Positions 32,061 to 42,338 of a stretch of 64,000 bases of DNA are shown here, piece after piece. The notes beneath the pieces are model-generated. The model was not told the origin of the DNA. It ran no database searches and worked only from the letters and a program-made list of their open reading frames with translations. The stretch's first letter is position 1, and every line of letters begins with the position of its first letter. Position numbers and translations under genes: made by a program. The stretch covers positions 64,001 to 128,000 of the forward strand of contig CAVVEU010000014.1 of the NCBI GenBank assembly GCA_963747235.1, written 5' to 3'. This DNA comes from an uncultured Candidatus Rokubacteria bacterium. Lineage in GTDB: Bacteria > Methylomirabilota > Methylomirabilia > Rokubacteriales > CSP1-6.

Positions 32061-32545
32061 CAGGAGAGCCCGTCCAGGATGCGGTCCACCTTCTCCGGCG
32101 TGAGCAGCCCCTCGTAGCGCTCGTCCACCTGCATCATCGGCGCCTGCTCGCACGCGCAGAGGCATTCCACCGTGAGCAGGGTGATGCGGCCGTCCGCCGT
32201 CGTCTCGCCGACCTCGACGCCCAGGCGCTGCGTGAGGTGCTCGACGATGGACTTGGACCCGAGCAGGTGGCAGGAGAGGTTGTGGCAGACCGAGACCACG
32301 TGACGGCCGGTCGGCTGCTGGAAGAAGAGCGTGTAGAAGGTCACGACCTCGTGGACGTGGGCCGGCGACATCTCGAAGAGGCCGGCCACGTACTCCTCGA
32401 TTTCCAGGGATATGTATCCGAAGACCTCCTGGGCCTGGCGCAGCACCGGCAGCAGCGCGCCTTGCTTGTCGGGGTACAGGGCCTGCAGCCGGCGGACTTC
32501 TTGTAGCTGTTCTGCCGTGAACTCAGGCCGCTTCGCGTCTGGCAT
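32060..32545 (-). CDS. nuoE: NADH-quinone oxidoreductase subunit E
   Basis: CHNLSC...ECLCACEQAP. Confidence 0.95.
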   Translation of the reverse strand: MPDAKRPEFTAEQLQEVRRLQALYPDKQGALLPVLRQAQEVFGYISLEIEEYVAGLFEMSPAHVHEVVTFYTLFFQQPTGRHVVSVCHNLSCHLLGSKSIVEHLTQRLGVEVGETTADGRITLLTVECLCACEQAPMMQVDERYEGLLTPEKVDRILDGLS

Positions 32546-32548
32546 GGG

Positions 32549-33921
32549 CTAGCGGTCGCAGCTCCCCGCCGATCATGTTGACGGAGCCGAAGGTGGGAAT
32601 GATGTCGGCGACCATCTCGCCCTCGATCATGCGCGGGATGGCGGCCACCGGGATTCAAGCACGGCGGGCGGCACCGGACGCGGTACGGGCGGTCGGTGCC
32701 GTCGGACACCACGTAGAAGCCCAGCTCGCCGTTGGCCCCCTCCGCCGCGAAGTACGCTTCGCCCGGGGGCGGGCGAATGCCGTAGCCCTCCATGACCAGC
32801 ATGAAGTGGTTCATCAGCCCCTCGATCGAGCCGTAGGCCTCCGCCTTCGTCGGCAGGGTCACCCGCTTGTCCTGGGTGTTGACGCGATCGTGAGCGCCGC
32901 GGTCCTGGCCCTGCAGGTTGGGCGAGAGCTTGATGGGCAGGAGCAGCAGGCCCTCGGTCTTGCCCTGCTTGCCCATGTCCACGTAGGCCGCGGGATCGAT
33001 GGCCTTCCCCTCCCAGTCCACCTGGATGGCGCCGCCCGGCAGGCCGTCCAGGGCCTGCTCCGCGATGCGCATGGACTGCTCCATCTCGGCCATCCGGACC
33101 AGGTAGCGGTCGAAGTTGTCGCCGTTCTTGCCGAGCGCGATGTCGAACGGGATCCGGTCGTACGCCCAGTAGGGCTGCGTCTTGCGCAGGTCGAACGGCA
33201 CGCCCACCGCGCGCAGCAGGGGCCCGGTGATCCCCCACGCGATGGTCTCCTCCCGGCTGAGCGCGCCCACCCCGACCATCCGGTCCATGAAGATCCGGTT
33301 GCCGGTGACGAGGGTGTGCACCTCCTCGAGCACCTGCCGGGTCTCCGCGAACGCCTTCTTGACCTTGAGATCGAAGCCCGCGGGCAGATCCGCCTTCACG
33401 CCGCCCACGCGCCCGTAGGAGATCGTCAGCCGCGCCCCGGTGACGTCCTCCACCAGCTCCCAGAGGAACTCGCGCGCCTTGATCATGTAGAGGAACACGG
33501 TGAAGGCGCCCAGCTCCATGGAGCCCGCGCCCACGCACGTGAGGTGGTCGCAGATCCGCGAGATCTCGCTCATGATCACGCGGATGTACTTGCAGCGCTC
33601 GGTGATCTCGATGCCGAGCAGCTTCTCGATCGCCGAGCTGTAGCCGAAGTTGTTGATCAGGGGCGAGACGTAGTTGAGGCGGTCCGTGTAGGGGATCGCG
33701 TTGTTGTACGAGCCCGCCTCGCAGTCCTTCTCGAACGCGCGGTGGAGGTAGCCGATCTCCACGTCGGTCTTGACCACCGTCTCGCCGTCCAGCTCCGCGA
33801 AGATGCGGATGATCCCGTGCATGGCCGGGTGCGCCGGCCCCATGTTGACGTAGAGGTGCTGGGTGCCGTCGGCGCTCGATCCCTCGCCCAGGAACAGCTC
33901 GCGCGTCTTCCGCTCGGCCAT
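32549..33921 (-). CDS. nuoD: NADH-quinone oxidoreductase subunit D (C-terminal frameshifts)
   Basis: NMGPAHPAMHG, GYLHRAFEK, DRLNY, NGELG. Confidence 0.93.
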
Positions 33922-33977
33922 CAGAACCCTGACCCCTTTTTCATATCCGCTCGGCTCGCCTTCGGCTTCACCTCGCA

Positions 33978-34475
33978 CTACACCTTCGGGCCAATCAGAG
34001 GCTGGCGGCGGTTGATCGGGTAGTCCTTGCGCAGGGGATGGCCCTCGAACTCCTCGTACATCAGGAGCCGGCGCAGGTCGGGGTGGCCGGCGAAGCGGAT
34101 GCCGAACATGTCCCACACCTCGCGCTCCTGCCAGTTGGCGATGGGCCAGAGGCCGGAGGCGGTGGGAACCACGGGGTCGTCCTGCTCCACCGGGACCTTC
34201 AGCCGGACGCGATGGTTGTGCGCGACGGAATAGAGATGGTAGACGACCTCGAAACGCGGCCCGTCCTCGCGACCCGGGAAGCGGCTGTAGTCCACCGCGG
34301 TCAGGTCCACGAGCATGTCGAAGGCCAGCGCGGTGTCGTCCCGGCAGAAGGTGAGCGCCGGCACGATCCCCTCGCGGCTCAGCACCGCGGTGTGGTCACC
34401 GCGGTAGTCGTGGGTGGCGAGGATGCGATCGCCGCAGCGCTCGCGCAGCCGGGCGAGAATCGCGTGTCCGTCCAT
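33978..34475 (-). CDS. nuoC: NADH-quinone oxidoreductase subunit C
   Basis: EREVWDMFGI..GHPDLRR..GHPLRKDYP. Confidence 0.95.
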   Translation of the reverse strand: MDGHAILARLRERCGDRILATHDYRGDHTAVLSREGIVPALTFCRDDTALAFDMLVDLTAVDYSRFPGREDGPRFEVVYHLYSVAHNHRVRLKVPVEQDDPVVPTASGLWPIANWQEREVWDMFGIRFAGHPDLRRLLMYEEFEGHPLRKDYPINRRQPLIGPKV

Positions 34476-34496
34476 GTCGGCGTCCCGGGGCCGGGA

Positions 34497-34955
34497 TCAG
34501 TAGCGCTGGGCGCCCGCCGCGATCTTGTCCTGGAGCTTCATCAGGCCGTCGATGACGCTCTCCGGGCGCGGCGGACAGCCGGGGATGTAGACGTCCACGG
34601 GGATGATGGTGTCGATCCCCTGGACCGTCGCGTAGTTGTCGTAGAAGCCGCCGGTGCAGGTGCAGACGCCGAAGGCGACCACCCACTTGGGCTCGCACAT
34701 CTGGTCGTAGATGCGCTTGAGGACCGGCGCCATCTTGTGGCTGATGGTGCCCACCACGAAGAGCACGTCGGCCTGGCGGGGCGAGAAGCGCGGCAGCCCG
34801 GCCCCGAAGCGATCCACGTCATAGTGCGAGCACGCGGTCGCCATGTACTCCATGCCGCAGCACGCGGTGACGAACGGGTACTGGAAGATGGAGTACTTGC
34901 GGGCCCAGCCGATGGCCTCGTCAAGCTTCGAGGTGAAGAACGCGCCTACTCCCAT
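34497..34955 (-). CDS. nuoB: NADH-quinone oxidoreductase subunit B
   Basis: TACCGME, SPRQAD, PGCPPRPE. Confidence 0.95.
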   Translation of the reverse strand: MGVGAFFTSKLDEAIGWARKYSIFQYPFVTACCGMEYMATACSHYDVDRFGAGLPRFSPRQADVLFVVGTISHKMAPVLKRIYDQMCEPKWVVAFGVCTCTGGFYDNYATVQGIDTIIPVDVYIPGCPPRPESVIDGLMKLQDKIAAGAQRY

Positions 34956-35296
34956 TCGAGCCCTCGCTTCTTCCAGATGTAGAGAAAGCCCAGCATCAGG
35001 ATGCCCAGGAAGACGAGCATCTCCACGAAGCCGAACCAGCCGAGCTGGCGATACATCGCGGCCCACGGCCAGACGAACACGAGCTCGATATCGAAGATGA
35101 TGAAGAAGATCGCGATGGTGGAGAACTTGATCGCGAAGCGGCCCTCCGGCAGCATCACCGGGTCCTTGCCGCACTCGAACGGCTCCTGCTTGACCGGGAG
35201 GATGCGCTTGGGCGCGATCAGCAGCGGGATGCCGAGCAGCGCCCCCGCCACGACCGCCGCCACCGCGAACACCATCAGGATCGGGACGTAGTCCAT
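34946..35296 (-). CDS. nuoA: NADH-quinone oxidoreductase subunit A
   Basis: PFECG, FDIE, KKRGLEW. Confidence 0.95.
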   Translation of the reverse strand: MDYVPILMVFAVAAVVAGALLGIPLLIAPKRILPVKQEPFECGKDPVMLPEGRFAIKFSTIAIFFIIFDIELVFVWPWAAMYRQLGWFGFVEMLVFLGILMLGFLYIWKKRGLEWE

Positions 35297-36201
35297 TTAT
35301 TTGCCGAGCGCGTCGGTCTGTGCTTCTTGGCGTGATAGGAGGAGCGGACGAGGGGGCCGGACTCGACGTGGGCGAAGCCCATCTCGCGACCCCGGACCGC
35401 CAGCTCCGCGAACTCGTCGGGGTGGTAGAAGCGCGAGACCGGCAGGTGCTGGGCGGACGGGCGCAGGTACTGGCCGAGCGTGAGGATCTTCACGTCCACC
35501 GCGCGGAGGTCGGCCATGGTCGCCAGCAGCTCGTCCCGCTCCTCGCCCAGGCCCAGGATGATGCCCGACTTGGTCACGAGCCCGGGCGCGGCCGCCCGGG
35601 CGCGGCGGAAGAGCTCGAGCGTGCGCTCGTAGCGGCCCCCGTGACGCGCCACCTTGTAGAGCCGCGGCACCGTCTCGGTGTTGTGATTGAGCACGTCGGG
35701 CGCCGCCTCGATGACCGTCGCGAGCGCGGGCGCGCCGCCCTGGAAGTCCGGGATGAGCAGCTCGACGCGACAGCCGGGGGCGTGGCGGCGAATCGCCCTT
35801 GTGGTCGCCGCGAAGTGCGCGGCCCCGCCGTCCGCCAGGTCGTCCCGGTTCACGGAGGTGATGACCACGTGCTCGAGCCCCAGCTCACCCACCGCCCGGC
35901 CCACGCGCTCCGGCTCCTCGCGATCCTCCCAGACCGGCCGGCCGTGGGTCACCGCGCAGTACCCGCAATTGCGCGTGCACACGTCGCCCAGGATCATGAA
36001 GGTGGCGGTGAGATCCTCCCAGCACTCGCCGATGTTCGGGCAGTGCGCCTCCTCGCAGACCGAATGGAGGTTCCACTCGCGCATCAGGCCCTTGAGCCGG
36101 ATGTACTGTGGTCCGCCCGGCGCGCGCACCTTGAGCCACGGTGGCTTGGGTGAGTCGGCGGGACGCTTGATGTCGAGAAGTGGTAGGGAAACTCCCATCA
36201 C
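35297..36201 (-). CDS. lipA: Lipoyl synthase (true stop probably at 35297; 2-nt error near the end)
   Basis: CEEAHCPNIGEC, CTRNCGYC, LVRSSYHA. Confidence 0.95.
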
Positions 36202-36300
36202 TATTGTCCTTTGGCCCCTCGGGCGGCGTCATTATGGCACATCTTTCACAAGCCGCCAACCGAGGGGGCCGCGGGATGCCCTGGCCTGCCTCCGGGCGCC

Positions 36301-37442
36301 TCAGCGCCCGGCCGGGATGGCCGAGTGCACGGCGTTGCTGATCACGTCCATCCGCAGGCTGTGCCACGGATCCGGCCACCCGGCTGTTCGTCAGGTAGGC
36401 GAACGACACGCCGGAGTCCGGGTCCGCCCAGCAGTAGGACGACCCCACGCCCCCGTGGCCGAACGTCCGCGGGGAGGCGATGCTGCCGAGCCCGCGGATG
36501 GACTCGGTCGTCCCCCGCACGTGGGGACCGAGGGCGCGGTGCATCGGCATGCCCATGTAGCCGTCCACCCGATCGCCCGTGACGCTACGCGTGACGTACT
36601 GGACCATGCGGGGCGAGAGGAGCCGCCGGCCGTCGAGCGTCCCGCCGGCCGCCAGCATCTGGTAGAACGCGGCCATGGCGCGCGCGGTGGCGTAGCCGCC
36701 CCCGCCCGGGGTCCCGGCGCGGCGGAACTCGGCGTTGTTCTCCTCCGCCCGCTTCACCTGGCCGGTCCCGCGTCGCGGCGGGCTCGTGCATGTCCACGGC
36801 CCGGTCGTGGCGGGCGTCCGGCAGGCCGACGAAGAGCTCGTCGCCGAGCCCGAGCGGCTCGATGACCTGCTCCCGGATGAACGCCCGGTAGTCGGTCTTG
36901 CTGAGCGCCTCGATCAGCACCGCGGCCACCCAGTGCGCGGCCCGGCCGTGATAGTGCACCCGCGAGCCGGGCGTCCACTCGAGCGTGAAGGCCGAGACCG
37001 TCCGGCGCAGCAGCTCGTGATCCTCCCAGGCGGCCTTCGGCACGTCCGCGTTGGGAAAGCCGCCCTGGTGGCTCAGGAGCTGGACGATCGTGATGTCGCC
37101 CTTGCCGTTGGCCTCGAAGCCCGGCACGTGATCGGCCACCCGATCCGTGAAGCGCAGCGCCCCCTGCTCGGCGAGGATCCACACCGCGCACGCGGTGATG
37201 ACCTTGGTGTTGGAGTAGAGCAGCCAGAGCGAGTCCTCGCGCGCGGGCACGCGGGTGGGGTCGAGGCGCGCGTCGCCGAAGCTCCGCGCCAGGGCCAGCT
37301 TGCCCTCGCGCGCGACCGCGATCTGGGCCGCCGGGTACCGCCCTTCCGCCAGGTGCCGCGTGATCAGCTCCTGCAGGCGCTCGAGCGCGCGGACGTCGAA
37401 GCCCAGGGACGAGGGGGTGGCGGAGGACAGGGGAAAGGCCAT
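36301..37442 (-). CDS. Serine hydrolase, beta-lactamase/AmpC family (frameshifts)
   Basis: YSNTK (SxxK), LLSHQGG, PGSRVHY, FGHGG, ADPDSG. Confidence 0.85.
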
Positions 37443-37452
37443 GGGGGTCTCC

Positions 37453-37926
37453 TTACGAGGGCTGCCTCAGGGAGTTGACCAGATCCACGACGCGCACCAG
37501 CTCGCTGCCGTCCCGCACCATGTGCCGGTCGCCCGCCTGCCCCCAGCGGAGCACGCCGTCGCGATCGATCACGAAGGTGGACCGGTAGGCCACGTTGCGG
37601 TCGGCGTCGAGGACGCCGTAGGCGGAGATGACGGTGCGGTGCACGTCGCTCAGGAGCGGAAACGGGAACGGGTGCGCCTTGAGGAAGGCGGTGTGACAGA
37701 AGGGGCTGTCGCCGCTGATGCCCAGGAGCACCGCGCCGCGCCGGGCCAGCTCGGCCGCGGCCTGACCCAGGCCGGTGAGCTCAGGGGTTCAGATCCCGCC
37801 GAAGTCATAGCAGTAGAAGCCCAGGACGACGTCGCGGCCCCGGTACTCCCGGAGCGAGATGGGGCGGCCCTCGGTGCTGGGCAGCTCGAAGTCCGGCGCG
37901 GCCTGGCCCCACCGGAGCGGCATCAT
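37453..37926 (-). CDS. AhpC/TSA peroxiredoxin, probable selenoprotein (in-frame UGA at 37789-37791)
   Basis: Single frame: GQAAPDFELPSTEGRPISL..VVLGFYCYDFGGI-UGA-TPE..LLGISGDS..FPLLSD..RSTFVIDRDG; UGA aligns with the peroxidatic Cys. Confidence 0.85.
37748..37781 (-). promoter_or_regulatory. SECIS-like hairpin
   Basis: After UGA: AGCTC-ACC-GGCCTG-[GGT]-CAGGCC-GCGGCC-GAGCT; G-starting apical loop 21 nt after the UGA. Confidence 0.65.
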
Positions 37927-37933
37927 GCCCGGG

Positions 37934-37996
37934 ATTCTCGTGGATACCGGCCCCCGGGTCAAGACCACCCCGCGACCGCCGCCTCGGGATTACAAT
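37934..37996. promoter_or_regulatory. Divergent leaderless-type promoters for the peroxiredoxin and DAHP synthase genes
   Basis: Minus: TTGACC-17-GAGAAT-7-ATG; plus: TACAAT-6-ATG. Confidence 0.55.
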
Positions 37997-38002
37997 TGGC
38001 GG

Positions 38003-39061
38003 ATGAAGACGCGCGACCTCCGCATCGACCGCATCCAGCCGTTGTTGCCCCCCGCGATCCTCATCGAGGAGCAGCCCCTCTCCGAGAAGGGGTCGCTCAT
38101 GGTCACGCGCGCGCGCGAGGAAGTGTCCGACATCCTGGCCGGCCGGAGCGACCGTGTGCTCGTGGTGGTCGGCCCGTGCTCGGTCCACGATCCGGCCGCC
38201 GCCCAGGAGTACGCGCTCCGCCTCCGCAAGCTGGCCGAGGAGCTGGCGCCGGATCTCTGCGTCGTGATGCGCGTGTACTTCGAGAAGCCGCGCACCACGG
38301 TGGGCTGGAAGGGGCTCATCAACGACCCGCACCTCGACGGCAGCTTCGCCATCAACGTGGGACTGCGGCGGGGCCGCCGGTTCCTGCTCGACCTCGTCGA
38401 GATCGGGCTGCCCGCGGGCTGCGAGTTCCTCGACCCGATCTCCCCCCAGTTCATCACCGACCTCGTGACCTGGGGCGCCATCGGGGCGCGCACGACGGAA
38501 AGTCAGGTGCATCGCGAGCTGGCGTCGGGCCTCTCGATGCCGGTCGGATTCAAGAACGGCACCGACGGCGGGGTGCAGATCGCCATCGACGCGGTGCGGG
38601 CCGCCGCCCATCCCCACAGCTTCCTGGGCGTCACCGAGCAGGGCCTCGCCGGCATCGTCTCCACCCGCGGCAACGTGGACTGCCACGTGATCCTGCGCGG
38701 CGGGCAGAGCGGCCCGAACTACGACGCGGCGAGCGTCGGGAAGGCGCTCGCCGCCCTCCGCGCCGCGGGGGTGCCGCCGCGGCTGATGATCGACACGAGC
38801 CACGGCAACAGCGAGAAGGACTATCGCCGCCAGCCGAAGGTGGCGCAGGAGATCGCGGCCCAGATCGGCCGGGGCGAGCGCGGGATCATCGGCGTGCTGA
38901 TGGAGAGCTTTCTCGTCGAGGGCCGTCAGGATCTCACCGATCCGGCGCGCCTGGTCTACGGCCAGAGCATCACCGACGCCTGCCTGAGCTGGGAGATGAC
39001 GGTGCCGGTCCTGCAGGAGCTCGCGGCGGCGGTACGCGCCCGCCGGGCGACACCTATCTAG
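38003..39061 (+). CDS. aroG: DAHP synthase class I-alpha (AroG/F/H type)
   Basis: GPCSVHD, MRVYFEKPRTTVGWKG, IGARTTESQ, GFKNGT, DTSHGNS, ITDAC. Confidence 0.93.
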   Translation: MKTRDLRIDRIQPLLPPAILIEEQPLSEKGSLMVTRAREEVSDILAGRSDRVLVVVGPCSVHDPAAAQEYALRLRKLAEELAPDLCVVMRVYFEKPRTTVGWKGLINDPHLDGSFAINVGLRRGRRFLLDLVEIGLPAGCEFLDPISPQFITDLVTWGAIGARTTESQVHRELASGLSMPVGFKNGTDGGVQIAIDAVRAAAHPHSFLGVTEQGLAGIVSTRGNVDCHVILRGGQSGPNYDAASVGKALAALRAAGVPPRLMIDTSHGNSEKDYRRQPKVAQEIAAQIGRGERGIIGVLMESFLVEGRQDLTDPARLVYGQSITDACLSWEMTVPVLQELAAAVRARRATPI

Positions 39062-39075
39062 TCGCGTCCATCTAA

Positions 39076-39160
<85 letters not shown>

Positions 39161-39174
39161 GCCAGCGAGCAGAA

Positions 39175-39203
39175 AGTATGCCGTCGGGCTATGCCCCTGT
39201 CAA
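39175..39203 (-). promoter_or_regulatory. sigma70 promoter of tRNA-Leu
   Basis: TTGACA-17-CATACT. Confidence 0.75.
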
Positions 39204-39213
39204 TGCGCGGCTC

Positions 39214-41560
39214 TTACTGGGGCGGGGCCGACCGCCCCGGAGCCTGGCGAATGGACTGCTCCAACTCGGGGGTCACGCGGCGCATCTGATCGGTGATTCG
39301 CGCGGCGTCGAGGGCGGTGCCCACGGTGCGCGGGGTGATCAGGAGCAACAGCTCGGTCTTCTCGATCTTGTGCTCGACGGACCCGAAGAGGTAACCCAGG
39401 ATCGGGATCCGGCTGAGCCACGGGATGCCGATGCGGATCAGGGTGCGCTTGTTCTGGATGAGACCGCCCAGGACCAGGGTCTGGTTGTTCAGCAGCACGA
39501 CCGAGGTCTCGGCCTCACGCTTCGTGAACCGCGGGCGAGTTGATCGGCGGCGGCTCGTTCTCGCCGACCTCGTTGACCTCTTGCTTGACGTCGAGGGCCA
39601 CCGTCCCCTGCTCGCCGATCCGCGGGGTCACGGTCAGGATGATGCCGGCGTCGCGGTACTCCACGGTCTGGGTGATCGCGTTGCCGGTGATGCCGCCGGT
39701 GGCCACCGGCACCTGCTGCGAGGTGACGATGGGCACCGAGGTGGACACGTTGATCACGGCCTTGCGGTTCTCGGTGGTCATGATGGACGGGTTCGACAGC
39801 ACGTTGACCCGGTTCTCGCTGGCCAGCGCGTTGAGCGCGGCCAGGAACTTGTCCGCCGCGAAGGCGAAGACGTTGAACCCGACCGGGACCGCGCCGCCCA
39901 GGGGGATGATCGACTGGGCCGGGCGGCCGGGGAGCAGGCCCGACGGCGACGAGCTCACGTCGAAGCGGCCCGATCGGACGGCCCACTCGACGCCCAGCTT
40001 GGTATCGTCGGTCAGCGTGACCTCCGCGGCCAGTACCTCGATGAGGACCTGCCGGGGCATCTTGTCGAGCTTCCGGATCGTGTCCTCGATCTCCCGCCAC
40101 AGACGCGGGTACGTGGTCACGATGATGGCGTTCGTCACCTCGTCGGCGACGAACCGGATCTCCACCGTGGGGGGCGTTCCCTCTCCCGAGACCCCGGGAA
40201 AGCCGATCACGGGCGGACGAGGCGCCGTGGCCGCGATGGGCGCCGGCCCGAGCGCGGGCGGCAGCGCCGCTGGGCCGCCGGGATCGGTCCGCCCGTAGGA
40301 GCCGGAGATGCTGCTGGAGGTCCGCAACGACTGCTGGGTGCCGGTGATCGCCGGACCCCGGTCGCCCCGGCCGTAGATGGCGTCGAGCGTCGTCGCCAGG
40401 TCTCTCGCCTTCGTGTTCTCGGCGAAGTGGATGAACACGCGCTGGCCACCGTAGATGTCCACGTCCAGCTTCTCGATCAGGCGGCGGATCGTCTCCATGT
40501 CCTGCTTCCGCGCGTGGACGACGAGCGAGTTCGAGCGGCGCTCGGGGACGATCAGCGGCCGATCACCGCTCGGCACACCGGCGGCACCCGGGACGGCAGG
40601 AGCCGGTACACCGGTCGGCGGCGGGGCTGGCGGTAGGGCGGGCAGGCCCGGGGCGCCGGCGACCGTCGGCCCCACACCGAGACGGCCACTGCCGAAGAGC
40701 TGCGCGAGCAGCTGGGCCAGCTCCTGCGCATCGGCGTGCTTGAGGGAGATGATCTGGAGCTCGTTGAGCGCCAGCTCCACGTCCACCAGCGTCAGCATGC
40801 CGAGGAGCCGGCGGATGTTGGCGGCGGTGTCGGTCATGATCAGCAGGTTCGTCTCGCGGTGCGCCGTGATGGCCCCCTGGGCCGGGACGAACGGGCGCAG
40901 GAGCGTGACGGCGTCCTGGGCATTGATGTACTGCAGCGGCACGATCTGCGTCACCATCTCGTCGGGCGGCAGGGCGTCCGCGACTTCGCGGCCCACTACG
41001 GTCTTCACCGGCGTCTGGGGTGCGCCTTCCCGCGGGATGATGCGGTAGAGGTTGCCCGAGCGCACCGCGGCCAGCCCGTTGACATCGAGGATCGTCAGCA
41101 GCACCGCGAAGACCTCGTCGCTCGAGATCTTGCCGATGGTCTGGACGGTCACCTTCCGCCCGCGGGCGCCCGGAGCGAGCACGTAGTTGAAGCCGACAAT
41201 CTCGGCGGCGGCCTGCACGACCACCTCGACATCGGCATTGTCGAAGTTGAGCACGAGCTGGCGGGCGGCGGGCTGCCCCGCCGCCGGCGGGGCCGTCTCG
41301 ATCGGCGCGGCGGGTGGAGGTCCGGGCGGCGGCGTGATCGCTTCGGGCTTCGCGGCCGGGCCGACCGATGGGGGTTCGGCCGTCTCGCTGGGGAGCTCGG
41401 CCCGCACGGCGCGCGGCACGGCAACCGGCTCGCTGGAGACCTCGACGCGAGGGCGAACAGGATCGCGGCCGGCCGTCGCGCTCACGGGCGGGGGCGCGGT
41501 GGAGACACAGCCCGGCAGGATGACGCTGACGAGCAGCCAGGACGCGATCGCCGCCCTCAT
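39214..41560 (-). CDS. gspD: Type II secretion secretin GspD (frameshift near 39530)
   Basis: Lipobox ILPGC; LNFDNAD N0 domain; LDKMPRQVLIEV; VLGGLI..IPWLSRIPILGYLF..TELLLLITP. Confidence 0.9.
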
Positions 41561-41642
41561 CGCGTATTGGTTTCCGGCACCGAGGACAGCTGCACGCGAG
41601 GAGCCGGCACGCCCGGAGCGGGCGCGGCGGCGGGCGGGCCAT

Positions 41643-42190
41643 TCACGGTCGGTGCCGACCTGCGAGCCGGCGCGCCCGCCCTTCTGGGCGGGCGATGACA
41701 ACACGATCCGCACTGATGGACTGCAGGCGGCCACCCGAGACGGTATCGCCGATGGCGTAGCCGAAGGGGCGTTTGGCCACCGGATCCTCCGGGTAGGCGC
41801 GGCTCGTCCGGCCATCCATCGCGATGCCGGGCAGGAGCGGCTTGGGCCCCTTGCTCACCGTCCCCCCGACCGGAGCCTCGGAGCGGCTGGGGCTGAAGAG
41901 GTTCTTGGCCGTGATGACACCATATGTTGCCGCCCCGGCGGCCACGGGATCCGGGGCGGGCACCGGGCCAGCTCGGCCGCCAGGCCCTCGACGACCTTCA
42001 CGTCCGGGTCGAGTCGGGCCCAGGACCGCTCCTGCCTCGGGAGGAAGCTCAGGACGGGACTCCGGGGCGTCTTCGGGACAAGAGACCGGCGCACGCAGGA
42101 TCTCCGCCAGTCCGGAGACCCAGGCCTCCGCGTCGTCGCCGGAGAGCCAGACGGCATCGTAGCGTCTTCCAGCGGACCAGCGGCATCATG
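41643..42190 (-). pseudogene. Degenerate T2SS accessory gene remnant(s): GspC/N-like, possibly fused to GspL-like fragments
   Basis: YGVITAKNLFSPSRSE...SRAYPEDP..GYAIGDTVSGGRLQSISADRVVI; no TM anchor or clean start. Confidence 0.5.
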
Positions 42191-42338
42191 ATTCCGGGAG
42201 AAGTCGTGACCTCGGGGGCACTTAGAGAGCAGTGGGCGTCCTTACTGGCCTTCGTGGTTCCGATCTAGCCGCCACCCGGCCGGCATCACCGCCCGCCGTC
42301 CCCATCGACGTACCCAGGCCTCCGGGCAATCCGGGCGC

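Noticed and set aside
33925-33977. Small hairpin-like sequence between nuoC and nuoD
   Set aside because: Possibly another REP-type repeat, but single-copy in this window with only a 3-4 bp stem, so it cannot be supported.
37789-37791. TGA as a plain nonsense mutation or genetic-code reassignment
   Set aside because: TGA is used as a normal stop in many genes here. Its exact position at the catalytic Cys plus the hairpin favour Sec, though this is unproven.
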